Shown: positions 45,903 through 55,475 of the stretch, piece after piece
Numbering within the stretch: position 1 is the first letter of the stretch
Layout of the letters: each line of letters starts with the position of its first letter
Assembly: GCA_040876265.1 (NCBI GenBank)
Contig: JBBDPN010000001.1
Span: 53,691 to 117,690 of the forward strand
Direction of reading: 5' to 3'
Length of the DNA: 64,000 nt
DNA from: Candidatus Woykebacteria bacterium
GTDB lineage: Bacteria > Patescibacteriota > Microgenomatia > Woykebacterales > RBG-16-39-9b
The notes under the pieces: generated by a model
Seen by the model: the letters and a program-made list of their open reading frames with translations, nothing else
Told to the model about the DNA's origin: nothing
The model's database searches: none
Program-made: the position numbers and the translations under genes

Positions 45903-46808
45903 TTAGTTAAACTTGAGCTCAACTACATCGCCGTCGGTGATTTTGTAGTCACGACCTTCCAGACGAACCAAACCCTTTTCAGAGGCTAGTTTCCAGGCTC
46001 CTTGAGCCTGCCGCTCGTAGCCTTGGCGAAGTGGGGCAACCCCAATTAGCTTTTCCCAATTAACAACTTCAGCCTTGATAAAACCCTTTTGCATATCGCT
46101 GTGTACAATCCCGCTTGCACTGAAAGTAGATGTACCCGCTCGAAGTGGCCAGGCCTGGACTTGTTTCCGGCCAGCGATTGTGAAAAAGGTGATGAGGTCA
46201 AGAAGTTCGTAACAGAGCTTTATTACTTTTTCTATTCCGGTTTGCTCAATTCCAAGCGTCTTTAAATATTCTTTTTGCTCATTTTTAGAAAGCTCTGATA
46301 GTTCGTTTTCCAGCTTTGCGCTTATCTTCACCGCTCCTAAAATTCCCACCCCCGGGGTGGGAAGATCTTTTTCGTCGATGTTAATTACATAGACTGACGG
46401 CCTTTCAATACCGGCGTGTTGCAGCTCTTCTTCGATAATTTTTACATCTTCCTGTGGGTTGGGCTGACCTGGTACGTTTGGGTTGTGGAAGCCGCGGACG
46501 AGATGGAGAACTGCATCTACTTCGCGAATATGGCCAAGAAACTGATTGCCCAAGCCCTCGCCCTCGTGAGCGCCTTTGACGAGGCCAGCAATATCGATGA
46601 ATTCGATAGCGGCCGGAACTACTTTTTTGATCCCAGTTACATCGGAAATTTTTTGCAGTCTTTCATCGGGAACTTGAACCACACCAACATTGGGTTCGAT
46701 CGTCGTAAAAGGGTATTCCGCCACTTCCGCGATCTGCCGCTGCAAGAGTGCGTTAAAAAGCGTAGATTTTCCTGCATTGGGTAAGCCAACTATTCCGACT
46801 TTCAACAT
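45903..46808 (-). CDS. ychF: Redox-regulated ATPase YchF (shortened)
   Basis: GIVGLPNAGKSTLFN, YPFTTIEPN, DIAGLVKGA, LITFFT, HSDMQKGFIKAE, EGRDY..DGD. Confidence 0.95.
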   Translation of the reverse strand: MLKVGIVGLPNAGKSTLFNALLQRQIAEVAEYPFTTIEPNVGVVQVPDERLQKISDVTGIKKVVPAAIEFIDIAGLVKGAHEGEGLGNQFLGHIREVDAVLHLVRGFHNPNVPGQPNPQEDVKIIEEELQHAGIERPSVYVINIDEKDLPTPGVGILGAVKISAKLENELSELSKNEQKEYLKTLGIEQTGIEKVIKLCYELLDLITFFTIAGRKQVQAWPLRAGTSTFSASGIVHSDMQKGFIKAEVVNWEKLIGVAPLRQGYERQAQGAWKLASEKGLVRLEGRDYKITDGDVVELKFN

Positions 46809-46871
46809 TAGATCAAGATTATATCAAACTCAACTTTACTTCGACATAAGCGAGTGCTAAAATGTGTTCAA

Positions 46872-47102
46872 ATGGAAAAGTTTCAAGTAATTCGAAATGG
46901 CATAGTGTTTGAACTTGAGCCTGAAGAAGGTGGGTTTACTATAACAGTTCCTTCTTTACCAGGCTGTGTCTCTTTTGGACAAACCATCGACGAAGCGTTA
47001 GAGGAGATTAAGGACGCGATGGCAGGTTGGGTCGAGGTGGCCAAAGAAGAAGGTCTTGATGTTCCCGAAGAGGTAGAAAAAACCGTTTTTGTCCCGAATT
47101 AA
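46872..47102 (+). CDS. hicB: HicB-family antitoxin (short)
   Basis: GGFTITVPSLPGCVSFGQTIDEALEEIKDA. Confidence 0.9.
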   Translation: MEKFQVIRNGIVFELEPEEGGFTITVPSLPGCVSFGQTIDEALEEIKDAMAGWVEVAKEEGLDVPEEVEKTVFVPN

Positions 47103-47329
47103 TGAAACTAACCCCAATAAAACCTCGAGATCTTGTAAGAATTTTAGAAAAGAAAGGTTTTTTTGTTCGTAAGCAAACTGGTTCCCACGTTATTTTATTC
47201 AAAAAAGGTATCCGTAGGCCAATTTCTGTTCCTATGCACCCACACGATTTACCATCAGGAACCCAAAGAGCGATTTTGCGTCAAGCTGAAATTTCGCTAG
47301 AGGAGTTTATAAAATTGCTAAAGAAATAG
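47102..47329 (+). CDS. hicA: HicA-family toxin
   Basis: LEKKGF..RKQTGSH..VPMH..DLPSGT..IL. Confidence 0.92.
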   Translation: MKLTPIKPRDLVRILEKKGFFVRKQTGSHVILFKKGIRRPISVPMHPHDLPSGTQRAILRQAEISLEEFIKLLKK

Positions 47330-47350
47330 TTTTGTGAAATAATTTAGCTA

Positions 47351-48100
47351 ATGCCGGATGAAAATGTAGCCAATCAACAACCTACAACTACAATAGCCAT
47401 AAAGAAACCTATCAATTGGAAAAATATTCTTATCGGTGTAGTCGTCGGTGGAGTTCTCTTTGGCGGTGGTGGTTACCTGGTTTACAATGCTTACCAACCC
47501 AAGAAAGAAGAACCTGCACCGACTTCTACTACCACAAAGACATCAACACCCTCAAGCACAACTAAAAAAGAAGAGCCAAAAGACGAAACTGACGATTGGA
47601 ATTTGTACAAGAATAAAAACTTTGGTTACCAAATTAAGTACCCAAAGAATTGGAAGCCTTACGACGCTGGCATCATAGAAACATCCGTACATTCGGAAAA
47701 GAGTTTTACTTACCGGTCAACCCCTCCACCTGAGATGGAAGACAACAATGCTACTCTAGTGGTAATAAGTGCGGAGAAAGAGGGGTCAACTCAGTATCAA
47801 TCTCTAGTTAATTTCTTCAATACATTTTATGATAGAAGTGCAGGAACATATGTATCTAATACGCTTTGGAGAGCTAAGACTCAGGTAGAGAAGGTGGATA
47901 ATACAACAATAGATGGGTACGCTGCTTTTGAGACGAATGAACAACCAAGTAAGGATGCCGGAACAGGTCCGTATAATGATACTGCTTTTTATGTTAAAAA
48001 GGGCAATGTAGTGTATAGAATTGGCATTTCTGTAAGTAAAGAGGACTCAAACTATCGTGATGCAGAGAAGATTGTCTCAACCTTCAAATTCCTCGATTAG
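47351..48100 (+). CDS. Membrane-anchored exported protein, PsbP-like variable family (paralog 1)
   Basis: KKPINWK-TM, T-rich linker, W..Y.N..FGYQIKYP..W, C-terminal STFKFLD. Confidence 0.75.
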   Translation: MPDENVANQQPTTTIAIKKPINWKNILIGVVVGGVLFGGGGYLVYNAYQPKKEEPAPTSTTTKTSTPSSTTKKEEPKDETDDWNLYKNKNFGYQIKYPKNWKPYDAGIIETSVHSEKSFTYRSTPPPEMEDNNATLVVISAEKEGSTQYQSLVNFFNTFYDRSAGTYVSNTLWRAKTQVEKVDNTTIDGYAAFETNEQPSKDAGTGPYNDTAFYVKKGNVVYRIGISVSKEDSNYRDAEKIVSTFKFLD

Positions 48101-48306
48101 TACAAAACCTTGCTTTATGTGGAACGTTGTGTTAAACTAACCCATAGTTGAATTAGAACACGAGCTAGTACATTGCTTTTCCTCAAAGAGCTTTGAAATT
48201 AGCTCCCCTCCTTCGTAAAAACTTCGAAGGACAAGCCTAAGATTTCAAAGTTCTTGCAATCCGCATTTACTCTTCTTAGCCATTCTACTTCAATTAACAA
48301 AACAAT

Positions 48307-49557
48307 ATGTTTAGAAACAGAAATAGAGCTAGTTTTGGCCGTCATCAAGGCGGTTTTGCTAGAAGAAAATTTAACAAGTCAGCCAACGGTGGTAGTTATA
48401 GTTATCCAAAAAGCATTTCGGCTGGGAGAAGGCTCGCACGAGCAACAAAAAGCGAGCTCGGAGACGATATAAATGTATTTATTAAAAAAGCCGCAGGGAC
48501 TTCAAATGGAGAGGCCTTTACCCCGCACAATAGTTTTGCCGATTTTGATATTGCCCCAGTCTTGAAGCAAAATATTTCTGCCAAAGGGTACACCCACCCG
48601 ACGCCAATCCAGGATGAGGCTATAGAGCCACTTCTTGCTGGTAGAGATCTGATCGGTATTGCCAATACTGGAACCGGGAAGACAGCCGCGTTTCTGGTCC
48701 CCTTAATAAATAAAATTTACAATAATAGATCCGAAAGAATGTTGGTCCTTACTCCAACTCGCGAACTAGCTGGACAGATAAATGAAGAGCTTCATATCCT
48801 TTCTCGTGGTATGAATATTTATTCCTCGCTTGTTATAGGAGGAGCAAATATTCACCGCCAAATCTCTGATATCAAGCGTCGTCCAAGTGTAGTTATTGGT
48901 ACGCCAGGTAGAATAAAGGATCTTATTGAAAGACGCGCCCTGCACCTAGACGATTTTCACACCTTTGTTCTTGATGAGGTAGATAGGATGGTGGATATTG
49001 GCTTTATTAGAGAAGTTCAATATTTTGTTTCGCTTCTTCCTCCAGAGCGTCAATCATTGTTTTTTTCAGCCACGATCCCACCAAACGCGCGAGAAATACT
49101 AGACTCATTTGTAAAAGATCCGGTAACGATATCGGTAAAGGTGCAAGAAACCGCTGAAAATATTGATCAGGATGTTGTCAGGGTGAACGGCGGCAACAAA
49201 TTGGAAAAACTCCACGACCTGTTGAACAGGGAGGATCTTGAAAAAGTGCTTATATTCGGTCGCACCAAGCATGGAATTGACAGGCTAGATAGGCAGCTGA
49301 CCGAAAAAGGTTTCAAAGTCGCCTCTATTCACGGCAACCGCCGCCAATCTCAGAGACAAAAGATACTTAAGCAATTTAAGGAAGATAAGATAAAAATACT
49401 GCTAGCTACCGATGTAGCATCTCGAGGGTTGGATATTGATAACGTATCGCACGTGATAAATTACGATCTTCCTCAAAGCTATGACGACTACGTCCACCGT
49501 ATTGGTCGGACCGGTAGAGCTAACAAGATGGGTAAGGCTCTTACCTTTGTTGATTAA
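48307..49557 (+). CDS. DEAD-box RNA helicase
   Basis: Q motif, ANTGTGKT, PTRELA, TPGR, DEVD, SAT, HRIGRTGR. Confidence 0.96.
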   Translation: MFRNRNRASFGRHQGGFARRKFNKSANGGSYSYPKSISAGRRLARATKSELGDDINVFIKKAAGTSNGEAFTPHNSFADFDIAPVLKQNISAKGYTHPTPIQDEAIEPLLAGRDLIGIANTGTGKTAAFLVPLINKIYNNRSERMLVLTPTRELAGQINEELHILSRGMNIYSSLVIGGANIHRQISDIKRRPSVVIGTPGRIKDLIERRALHLDDFHTFVLDEVDRMVDIGFIREVQYFVSLLPPERQSLFFSATIPPNAREILDSFVKDPVTISVKVQETAENIDQDVVRVNGGNKLEKLHDLLNREDLEKVLIFGRTKHGIDRLDRQLTEKGFKVASIHGNRRQSQRQKILKQFKEDKIKILLATDVASRGLDIDNVSHVINYDLPQSYDDYVHRIGRTGRANKMGKALTFVD

Positions 49558-49623
49558 AAAAAGTTATCCAACCCTTCCAAGACACATTGACAAACAACAT
49601 AGCAAGACTACATAATTATTTTA

Positions 49624-50499
49624 ATGCCTGAAGAAACCAACACTACAACCAAAAAACCAATAAATTGGAAGAATATCTTACTCGGCGTGACAATCGGAGC
49701 AGTTATCTTTGGCACTGGCGGCTACTTGGTCTACAACGCTTACCAACCCAAAAAAGAAGAACCAGAACAAACCACTAATATCCCAAAGACAGCCACACCC
49801 TCAGCAACACCCACCGATAAAGATTGGCAATTGGTTAAAGGGGAAACAACACAAGATGAAGATGGTAAAGTATATAAATTTGAGTTTAGTGCTCCTAAGG
49901 ATTTCAAAGTCGCCGCACCCAGAGCTGATTTACCAAAGGAATCACAAAAATACTACTACTATGCTGAAGGTTCTGGTGTTACATTTTTTGCTGGTCTTAT
50001 GGAAGGTCCAGGACCTCTTACAGTACTCCATGGGCGTGCTGACCAGAGCAACTTGTGTGTTAAACCTTTACAACTGCAAGAAACTGGGGAGGGCTATTTT
50101 GAGGTTTGTGATGTAGTAAAACTAGGTGGTAAAGACGCACTTTGGTTAATAGATGTCCACATTGGAACAAACAGCCACGCAACGGCTTGTGAGAAGAACG
50201 CCACGCTTCATGTAATATACAACCTGGGTAAAAGCTCCTCAGTTTACTTTACTCCAGAACTTGATGTTATGAAGGAAATAATAAAACCATGGGCGAAGAT
50301 TTCTAGTAAACCTGTTGGTACTGTGGATAGTGGTGGAGAGCTGCAAGTTTGTCCAAAAAATATAGATTACGCTACTGTAAAAAGTAACTTAACTTCAGAA
50401 ATAAACAATATTCGAACTGCAAAAAATCTCTCCGCTAAAGATAGTCAAATACTAGATACACTTTACAAAATAATCCCAACCTTCAAATTCCTTGACTAA
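49624..50499 (+). CDS. Variable exported protein (paralog 2)
   Basis: MPEET..KKPINWKNIL-TM..YNAYQPKKEEP; C-terminal PTFKFLD. Confidence 0.75.
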   Translation: MPEETNTTTKKPINWKNILLGVTIGAVIFGTGGYLVYNAYQPKKEEPEQTTNIPKTATPSATPTDKDWQLVKGETTQDEDGKVYKFEFSAPKDFKVAAPRADLPKESQKYYYYAEGSGVTFFAGLMEGPGPLTVLHGRADQSNLCVKPLQLQETGEGYFEVCDVVKLGGKDALWLIDVHIGTNSHATACEKNATLHVIYNLGKSSSVYFTPELDVMKEIIKPWAKISSKPVGTVDSGGELQVCPKNIDYATVKSNLTSEINNIRTAKNLSAKDSQILDTLYKIIPTFKFLD

Positions 50500-50501
50500 T
50501 T

Positions 50502-51173
50502 ATGCCTGGAGAAAGTACAAATTCACAAACCAATCCTACTAAAAATCGGCTAAAAGTTTTGATTGGTGTATTAGTTGGTGCAGTCCTTGGGGTCATACTG
50601 ACTTGTTTTGGTCTTCTTTTCTATCTCACCCAGCAAGGGGTTAACATTTTTACGATAGTGAAGGACGCCGAAACCCAGCAATCTCAAACTGATTCACAAA
50701 AAGACGAAACAGCTGATTGGAGGGTTTATACCAATAAAGACTCCGGCATAAAGTTCAAAGCACCATCAAATTGGAAGGAAGACAACAGAGGCGCTGATGG
50801 GAGTATTTCTATCTATTATAAAGGCGATGCTGGAACAGGGATAGAATCTGATGGAGCTATGATTAGAAACGGTATTACAGTCTCCTACAAAGATTCCTTA
50901 AAAAATTATATCGACAAAAATACAGTTGATACAGAAAAATTCAATTCGGGAGGGTATAGTCCTGGGGATATTTTTGAAAATATTAAGGAAACTACTCTGG
51001 GAGGGAAGCTGGTTTATTTGGGAGACGCTCTTAGCGAGGACGGTCAAGCAAAGGTAGCCTATGTGGATTTAGGAGATGGTACTGCAGCTACTTTTATTTT
51101 AATCACGAAGAATGTAGAAGATTTCGAAGAAACATTTGAACTAGTTATATCGACAGTAAAATTGATCAGGTAA
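50502..51173 (+). CDS. Variable exported protein (paralog 3)
   Basis: MPGE..TM..KDETADW..Y.N..GIKFKAP..W; ends STVKLIR. Confidence 0.7.
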   Translation: MPGESTNSQTNPTKNRLKVLIGVLVGAVLGVILTCFGLLFYLTQQGVNIFTIVKDAETQQSQTDSQKDETADWRVYTNKDSGIKFKAPSNWKEDNRGADGSISIYYKGDAGTGIESDGAMIRNGITVSYKDSLKNYIDKNTVDTEKFNSGGYSPGDIFENIKETTLGGKLVYLGDALSEDGQAKVAYVDLGDGTAATFILITKNVEDFEETFELVISTVKLIR

Positions 51174-51224
51174 TTAACAAATAACTGAAACTTTGCGTTT
51201 AACCTTCAAATTCCTTGATTAATT

Positions 51225-52355
51225 ATGCCTGAAGAAACCAGTACCACAACCAAAAAACCAATAAATTGGAAGCTTATTGTAATAATTACTGTAATCGCAG
51301 CGATCGCCCTTGGAGCCTTGGCTTACGTCGTTGTAGCTCTTGATATCTTTGGTACAAAGACCAATGAAACAGCAGCAACAAATACTACTACTCCAGAACA
51401 GTCGAACCCACCAAAAGAGGGTTGGAGTAGGCATACTAGCAGGAATTTAGGAATCTCGGTTGATTACCCTAAGGAGTTTAAAGTGGAGGAGCTGCCTACT
51501 AGTGTTAGCGATGTCGATTTTTATTGGCTGATTAGTATTCTTCAACCGGATACTGTGCATCCAGAAATAAGGATAGAAAGCGATTTTATTTACCCAGATG
51601 TAAAAAAAGCATATGAGAGGGTATCTAAATACAAAATAAATGTCCCAAAAGAAAATAAAGGTACTATTGACTCACCTGGTTTTACGGAAACTAGATTACC
51701 AGATGTTACTGTTGATGGTTTGACAGCAATAAAATTAAAAAGTGATAGTCCGGACATAGGAATCAGCGGAGTTACAGTTTATTTAAAAAGGGGTAATAAC
51801 TATTTCAGTTTTGGTCTCTCAACCGAAACAAAATCTCTCAAATCGAATGCGAAAATTTTTGATGAGATACTTTCATCTATAAAATTTATAGGAACCTCTA
51901 TTGGAGAAAAACTGACTAGTCAGTGGAAATCGTATTCTGATGAGACTATTGGGGTTTCATTTAAATATCCGTATACAGCAAAGATTGAAGGGTCTAGTAA
52001 CACAAAAACCTTTAATTTTAATTCGAACCCAGCACTTGGACTTGGGAGCCAGTGGATTCTTTCAGTATCCAAGAAACCGACAGACTGGAAAACATCAAAA
52101 GATATCGAGAGCTACTATTTTAAAAATAACTTCGTAAATCCGATGGAAATTTTTGTAGAAGGTTCCCAGGGCTTGGAGATTTTAGAGCAAAATAATTTGG
52201 ATCCTACAAACTCTCAAACAATAAAAATTCTAGCAGTTTTATTAAAAGATGGTCAAGCTTACACGTTTCAACTTACTAGAGCAGGTGGTGGGGATGTGCT
52301 TGATCTCTACCCCTTCTTTAAAACAATATTGTGGACCGTCAAATTCCTCGATTAG
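51225..52355 (+). CDS. Variable exported protein with two PsbP-like domains (paralog 4)
   Basis: MPEET..KKPINWK-TM; two W..GxSxxYP..xKF units; ends TVKFLD. Confidence 0.75.
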   Translation: MPEETSTTTKKPINWKLIVIITVIAAIALGALAYVVVALDIFGTKTNETAATNTTTPEQSNPPKEGWSRHTSRNLGISVDYPKEFKVEELPTSVSDVDFYWLISILQPDTVHPEIRIESDFIYPDVKKAYERVSKYKINVPKENKGTIDSPGFTETRLPDVTVDGLTAIKLKSDSPDIGISGVTVYLKRGNNYFSFGLSTETKSLKSNAKIFDEILSSIKFIGTSIGEKLTSQWKSYSDETIGVSFKYPYTAKIEGSSNTKTFNFNSNPALGLGSQWILSVSKKPTDWKTSKDIESYYFKNNFVNPMEIFVEGSQGLEILEQNNLDPTNSQTIKILAVLLKDGQAYTFQLTRAGGGDVLDLYPFFKTILWTVKFLD

Positions 52356-52637
52356 AGATGCTGTGGCTTGTAACAATTCTCCCTAAGTAATCTCTCTCAA
52401 CAATCTTAGCGGCTTTCCGGGGTTTTGGGATCCTTAACTCGAACTTAAAAGGTGTGCAGATAGCTTTGGTTTGTGGTATTGCACTTCATCTCCGCCGACC
52501 TTTAGCGTAAGAGGTAGATTTTAATTTAATAGCGGTCAATAAACAAACGGTAGGACTATAGGTTGATTTACCAAGGATCTTATGCTAATATCCTGGCCAT
52601 GAGAGATCAACAAAACACAACGGAAGGAGCGGTTAAC

Positions 52638-53054
52638 ATGACACAAAGGTGTCGTTTCGAAGACTGCAGTAAGGATAATCCGGCAGAAGCTCGTTTCTGC
52701 ATGTTTTGCGGTAAATCTTTAGCCGGACCAAAAGATAGAGAGTGGACCGGAGAGGTCCTGGAGATCTCTTTGGAGGCGGATTTTGGTCCGCTCAGGGAAA
52801 ATTTCAATCTGCCTGAAGATGTAGTTTCAGACGAGCTGATCAAGCAGGTTGTAAAGTCTTTCCCTTCAAAGCAAACGCAGCGGTTTATCCGTTACTACGG
52901 TTTACATGGTGGGCCGCGGATGAGTATGCGAATGATCGCTGGAGAGGATGGTAAAAGTCCCGCTTCGGTCAATCAGGCCATCAACAACGTCGGCCGTGTC
53001 CTGAAATCCCGAATTAATCGGAGTCTGCTTAACCGTCAGATTGCAAGGGAGTAA
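52638..53054 (+). CDS. Zinc-ribbon + sigma70 region-4-like HTH protein
   Basis: C..C..NP.EARFCMFCG zinc ribbon; RYYGL..MSMRMIA..S..SV HTH; SD before ATG 52638. Confidence 0.6.
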   Translation: MTQRCRFEDCSKDNPAEARFCMFCGKSLAGPKDREWTGEVLEISLEADFGPLRENFNLPEDVVSDELIKQVVKSFPSKQTQRFIRYYGLHGGPRMSMRMIAGEDGKSPASVNQAINNVGRVLKSRINRSLLNRQIARE

Positions 53055-53129
53055 GTGGTGGAGAGGTAGACATAATAAGCACAGAAGGGCCTCAGCTCGC
53101 GAATCAGCGAACCGGGGTCCTTAATTTTT

Positions 53130-53241
53130 TCAAAAAAGTTTCCGTAGCGCCATTTTTGCTTTCTCGAGTATTTGTTTTGGATAACCCAATGCAAAGCTTT
53201 TCTTGGTCACTTCAGCTGACCAATATTTTTTTCTTTCGCAT
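53130..53241 (-). pseudogene. Possible DUF3175-like remnant (frameshift plus internal deletion)
   Basis: Removing one A from an A7 tract gives MRKKKYWSAEVTKKSFALGYPKQILEKAKMALRKLF*, resembling the two ends of DUF3175 proteins as I recall them. Confidence 0.35.
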
Positions 53242-53256
53242 CCTTACGCGAGTATT

Positions 53257-53679
53257 TTAGAGCCAGCCGATCACTACACCCATGGCTAAGACTGTGATCA
53301 ATTGGTGAACAGTGTTGATACCGAACAGCCTCCACTTCTTTTCACCGAAGATCTGCTCTGTCAGCTGAACCGGCATAATGAACCCAAGCCAAACCCAAAA
53401 AGCGCTGATGAGGCCGGTTTGAATCGGTTCATAGCCGTAGAAGTCCTGTGATAACCCAATAATGTGAGCAAGTACAAAGGCTGTTACTAAAGCCGCAACA
53501 AAGCTAATAGCGTAAAGTGGGCCCATTGTTTTTTGAGCTGCTTTCAGAGACTCATCGGTATAACCCTTCTCTTTCATCCAAGCCTTGCCCATCACCACTT
53601 TGCTGTAGTAAATAAATCCAATCGCCATAGCCACAACAGCCGCTACCAAAACTGCGAGCCAATTTACATCTACGTTCAT
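53257..53679 (-). CDS. DUF1761 membrane protein
   Basis: VNWLAVLVAAV..GFIYYS..GKAW; WLGF; four TM helices. Confidence 0.85.
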   Translation of the reverse strand: MNVDVNWLAVLVAAVVAMAIGFIYYSKVVMGKAWMKEKGYTDESLKAAQKTMGPLYAISFVAALVTAFVLAHIIGLSQDFYGYEPIQTGLISAFWVWLGFIMPVQLTEQIFGEKKWRLFGINTVHQLITVLAMGVVIGWL

Positions 53680-53770
53680 TTACATTCACCTCCTCCCAGT
53701 AGTTGCTTAGATAATAATATAATTTTTGCAAATATCAATACAGAGAGAAATGAGAGAGGATCGGTATCTA

Positions 53771-54535
53771 TTATGATTTGCGGTAGAGCCAAACGCTTAC
53801 AGATAAAAAGACAATGGCTATTGCTGCCATCCAGACTAAAGCTGGAATTAATGCCTCATGAGAACCACCAGCAGTGAAAGAGCGTACTGCTTGGGCCACT
53901 TTGGTAACTGGTTGGTTCCTTGCAAAAACTTGGAGCCACTCTGGCATGGTTTGGACAGGGACAAAAATGCTACTGGCAAAAACTAGTGGAAAGATCCAGA
54001 TAAATCCAGCCGGTTGAGCAGATTCCGAATCTTTGACTAACAAACCAATTGCTACCGAAATCCAGGAGAAAGCAAAGCCAAAAAATATAGCTAAGGAGAT
54101 AGCAATAAAGGCGCTAAAAAAACCATCTTCGAAACGAAAACCGATGACCATACCAACTAATATCATGATTGTAACTACAAAAAGGTTTCTTATTGTGTCG
54201 GCAAGAACTCTACCCGAGATGAAAGCTGACCTATTTATAGGTAAGGAGCGCAGTCTATCCACAAGACCTGATGACATATCGGTGGCGATACCAACACTTG
54301 CCTGGCTAGCTCCAAAAAGTACTGATTGGACAATAATTCCTGGAAGAAGAAAATTGATATAATTTCCAGTTCCTGTTTGCTGTATCGCTCCTCCAAACAC
54401 ATAGTTGAATAAGAGTAAAAACATAACTGGCTGAATAGTTGAAAAAACAAGAAGCTGGGGGACCCTGCGATAGCGAATCAAGTTTCTTTGCGTCATTACC
54501 AAAATGTCACTGATTCCATTTACAAAACTACTCAT
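53771..54535 (-). CDS. ABC-2 exporter permease (DrrB-like)
   Basis: QPVMFLLLFNYVFGG, RLRSLP, FASSIFVP..MPEWLQ..NQP. Confidence 0.92.
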   Translation of the reverse strand: MSSFVNGISDILVMTQRNLIRYRRVPQLLVFSTIQPVMFLLLFNYVFGGAIQQTGTGNYINFLLPGIIVQSVLFGASQASVGIATDMSSGLVDRLRSLPINRSAFISGRVLADTIRNLFVVTIMILVGMVIGFRFEDGFFSAFIAISLAIFFGFAFSWISVAIGLLVKDSESAQPAGFIWIFPLVFASSIFVPVQTMPEWLQVFARNQPVTKVAQAVRSFTAGGSHEALIPALVWMAAIAIVFLSVSVWLYRKS

Positions 54536-55475
54536 TTTTTGTATCCTTCCCGGTGTACGTGAGAAAAACTTCATCCAAAGTAGGTTGAGTGAGGCTGATG
54601 TGAAGCAATTCAATTTCAGCTTTTTCTAATATATTTAAAACGTCCCGGAGATCCACTGGTCCATTTGGAGCCGGGAGAGTAATGAGCTGGTGACTATCCT
54701 TTATTCGGATATTCTGTTTAAATTTATTTTTTAAAAGATTTGAAATTCTCTGATTTTCTTGCCAGTTTTTTGGTTCAATCTCTACCATGTTACCCCCAAG
54801 TTTTCTCTTTAGATCACGACTTGTACCTTGGGCGATTACTTTACCTTTATCTAGCAGAACAATGTTGTCAGCGAGCGCATCTGCTTCTTCCAAATATTGG
54901 GTGGTAAGTACCACTGATGTTCCTTTTTCAACAAGACTGCGAATAAACTGCCAAAGATCGTTTCTGGTTCTTGGGTCCAGTCCAGTGGTTGGCTCATCCA
55001 AAAAAAGAACTTGGGGCTCATATATCAAACTAGCGCCTACGTCGAGTCTTCTTCTCATACCACCCGAATAGGTTTTGACTGGGCGATTTGCAGAGTCTTC
55101 TAGAGACATTTCTTTCAATATAGAGCCAGCTCGATTTCGAGATTCTTTTCTTCCCAGGTGATAAAGACGAGCTACCATTTCCAGATTTTCCTTGCCAGTG
55201 AGGGTTTCGTCAACAGCTGCATACTGACCTGCAAGTCCTATGACCGTTCGGAGTTTTTGTCCATCTTTTGCAACATCAAAGCCAGCTACTGTGGCGCTAC
55301 CTTTGTCCGGGGGTAGGAGAGTGGTAAGGATTTTTATCAACGTTGTTTTACCAGCGCCGTTTGGTCCCAGAAGTCCTAAAACCTTACCTTTTTCGGCATC
55401 GAAGCTAACACCAGTTAATGCTTGGGTTTTACCAAAAGATTTATAAATATTTTTTACTGAGATTATTGATTCCAC
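54528..55475 (-). CDS. ABC exporter ATP-binding protein (DrrA-like)
   Basis: GPNGAGKTT, YSGGMRRRLD, LDEPTTGLDP, TTQYLEEAD. Confidence 0.95.
   Translation of the reverse strand: MESIISVKNIYKSFGKTQALTGVSFDAEKGKVLGLLGPNGAGKTTLIKILTTLLPPDKGSATVAGFDVAKDGQKLRTVIGLAGQYAAVDETLTGKENLEMVARLYHLGRKESRNRAGSILKEMSLEDSANRPVKTYSGGMRRRLDVGASLIYEPQVLFLDEPTTGLDPRTRNDLWQFIRSLVEKGTSVVLTTQYLEEADALADNIVLLDKGKVIAQGTSRDLKRKLGGNMVEIEPKNWQENQRISNLLKNKFKQNIRIKDSHQLITLPAPNGPVDLRDVLNILEKAEIELLHISLTQPTLDEVFLTYTGKDTKNE

Noticed and set aside
47351-52355. Diversity-generating retroelement or classical integron explaining the paralog array
   Set aside because: No reverse transcriptase, no template/variable repeat pair differing at adenines, no integrase, and no attC-like palindromes seen in this window.
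52356-52560. Non-coding gap after the array as an ncRNA or gene
   Set aside because: Only weak hairpins and short broken frames; insufficient support.
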